This document shows positions 62,772-64,000 of a stretch of 64,000 bases of DNA, one piece after another. Both the position numbers and the translations under genes were made by a program. This DNA is from Candidatus Heimdallarchaeum aukensis (GTDB lineage Archaea > Asgardarchaeota > Heimdallarchaeia > Heimdallarchaeales > Heimdallarchaeaceae). Location of the stretch: the NCBI GenBank assembly GCA_021513695.1, contig CP084166.1, forward strand, positions 480,001 to 544,000, read 5' to 3'. The notes beneath the pieces were generated by a model. That model was not told the origin of the DNA, ran no database searches, and worked only from the letters and a program-made list of their open reading frames with translations. The first letter of the stretch is position 1. The number at the start of each line of letters is the position of its first letter.

Positions 62772-64000
62772 ATGGAAAACAAGAAAATCATTTTACCTAA
62801 AATAAAAGAATGGATGAAAAAAGGAAAAACTTTTTTCCAATCATTGGTCTATGCATGTGATGAGATAGGTTCAGAGCTACCTACTCCAGATGTGTTAAAA
62901 CCCACTTTCTTAGAAATAGCTATAATTGGATATTTCCTTTTAGATGAATATGAAAAAGTATTGAAAATAGAGACTATAAGCGATAATTTTCTTTCAAACT
63001 ACTTTAAATATAAATCTGCTTGGTTATTAGGTCACAAGAAAGCACAAGCTTACCTAGCTGATCTTGTACCGTCATTAATGGAGTTAAAAAAGCAAAATAA
63101 AGAGATTTACGAAATCTGTAACAATATAATCTCTCTTGAGGTAAGTTTCATCTCTTCTAACAAAGAAAATATATTAAAACATGCTGCACAGTTCAAGCAA
63201 GATCTTTTTGATAAATCACTTATCACTACTTTTCCTCTTTTGGCTATCGAAATTGCAGGAGATTTAGCTTACAGAGAATACAGAACTGGAGATCCTGCTT
63301 TCTCTGGTTGGCTTGAAATCTATAAAGAATTAGTAGAAGCTTTTAACATGGATTCTAGGAGATTAGACTGCTACACCATTTTAGGTGGTCTTTACAGGTA
63401 CAAGGGATATTTAGAAGATGCAGAAGAATATTACAAAAGAGCTATGGAATTATCAGAAAAAATAGGAAACGAAAAAGCATACAACGAAATAATAGCAAAG
63501 ATAGCGGATTTTGAACACACTAGAGGAAACTTTGACGTTGCTTTAAAACTCTGTCTGGATGTCATTCAAAAAACTGAAGGAAAAGGAGAGATTAACAAGT
63601 CAATTTACATAAATTTAGGCGAAATCTTAATTAAACAACAAAAGTACGAAGAAGCAGTAAAATATCTGAAAAAATTAGAGAACGATGAGTCTCAAGAAAC
63701 AGCTATAATTAACATTCTCCACGGTTATGCCTTAACTAAATTAGATGAAAAAGAATTATATAATAGTGGAATCAAATTACTGGAAAAGGGAGGAGCTTTA
63801 AGCGAGAAAACAGGAAATAGAAGATTTTTGACAATTTATTACTATTACAGAGGAAGAGCTCATTTAGACAGTTATGACTTGTCTTCAGCTATAAAGAACT
63901 TTGAAATGTGTTATAATACAGCAATAAATACAGAGTTTCAATATGTTCTTTTTTCTCAAATCTACTTGGCAGTAGCTTATCTTCACCGTTTCAAAGTTTC
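62772..64000 (+). CDS. TPR-repeat protein, 3' end beyond the window (not in the supplied ORF track)
   Basis: My own translation is open from 62694 to the window end. ATG is at 62772, with an alternative TTG at 62709. TPR-like repeats include LGGLYRYKGYLEDAEEYYKRAMEL, IADFEHTRGNFDVALKLC and LGEILIKQQKYEEAVKYL. Confidence 0.6.
   Translation, partial: MENKKIILPKIKEWMKKGKTFFQSLVYACDEIGSELPTPDVLKPTFLEIAIIGYFLLDEYEKVLKIETISDNFLSNYFKYKSAWLLGHKKAQAYLADLVPSLMELKKQNKEIYEICNNIISLEVSFISSNKENILKHAAQFKQDLFDKSLITTFPLLAIEIAGDLAYREYRTGDPAFSGWLEIYKELVEAFNMDSRRLDCYTILGGLYRYKGYLEDAEEYYKRAMELSEKIGNEKAYNEIIAKIADFEHTRGNFDVALKLCLDVIQKTEGKGEINKSIYINLGEILIKQQKYEEAVKYLKKLENDESQETAIINILHGYALTKLDEKELYNSGIKLLEKGGALSEKTGNRRFLTIYYYYRGRAHLDSYDLSSAIKNFEMCYNTAINTEFQYVLFSQIYLAVAYLHRFKV

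Overview
This is a visibly AT-rich archaeal chromosome segment. The gene content suggests, by inference only, an Asgard (Lokiarchaeia-like) genome: Arf-like and Rab/Ras-like small GTPases, longin/Roadblock-like modules, an Nre-type repair factor with a PIP box, a tungsten-type AOR, a three-subunit archaeal-style acyl-CoA carboxylase, and pervasive GAGGTGA Shine-Dalgarno motifs. Block 1 (1-19.5 kb) holds a PlsY-like acyltransferase, BirA, a carboxyltransferase, a giant type I synthase, an alpha/beta hydrolase and a BCCP. The synthase resembles PUFA synthases and enediyne PKSs (ER-ER-KS-AT-KS-ACPx3-KR-DH-PPTase) and becomes a single 3,515-aa ORF once an apparently exact 1,993-bp tandem duplication is collapsed. 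A second 2,696-bp tandem duplication repeats the synthase 3' end, the hydrolase, the BCCP and part of csx1. Block 2 (19.8-35.4 kb) holds an array-less type III-B CRISPR-Cas effector operon (cmr1-cas10-cmr3-cmr4-cmr5-cmr6) plus a CARF-HEPN csx1. It also holds a divergent CARF-like/PIN-like gene pair, a secreted double P-domain protein, a wHTH-NB-ARC-TPR STAND ATPase, a minimal nucleotidyltransferase and a decayed IS. Block 3 (35.9-64 kb) holds biotin carboxylase, a decayed EamA transporter, TldD/PmbA, a 1,136-aa surface protein and Nre. It also contains a neighbourhood where three paralogous multi-TM + longin/Roadblock-like proteins are interleaved with two small GTPases, an intact IS (16-bp IRs, 10-bp TSD), an Ldh_2 dehydrogenase, AOR, a VOC protein and a MoaD/ThiS-type GG ubiquitin-like protein. 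No rRNA, tRNA or CRISPR array was recognised. The best candidates for an undescribed system are (i) the self-contained acyl-lipid/polyketide cluster and (ii) the membrane longin/Roadblock-GTPase neighbourhood. A CARF-like/PIN-like pair next to the cmr operon is a third candidate. Several frame anomalies sit at homopolymers, so sequence-error explanations must be excluded first.
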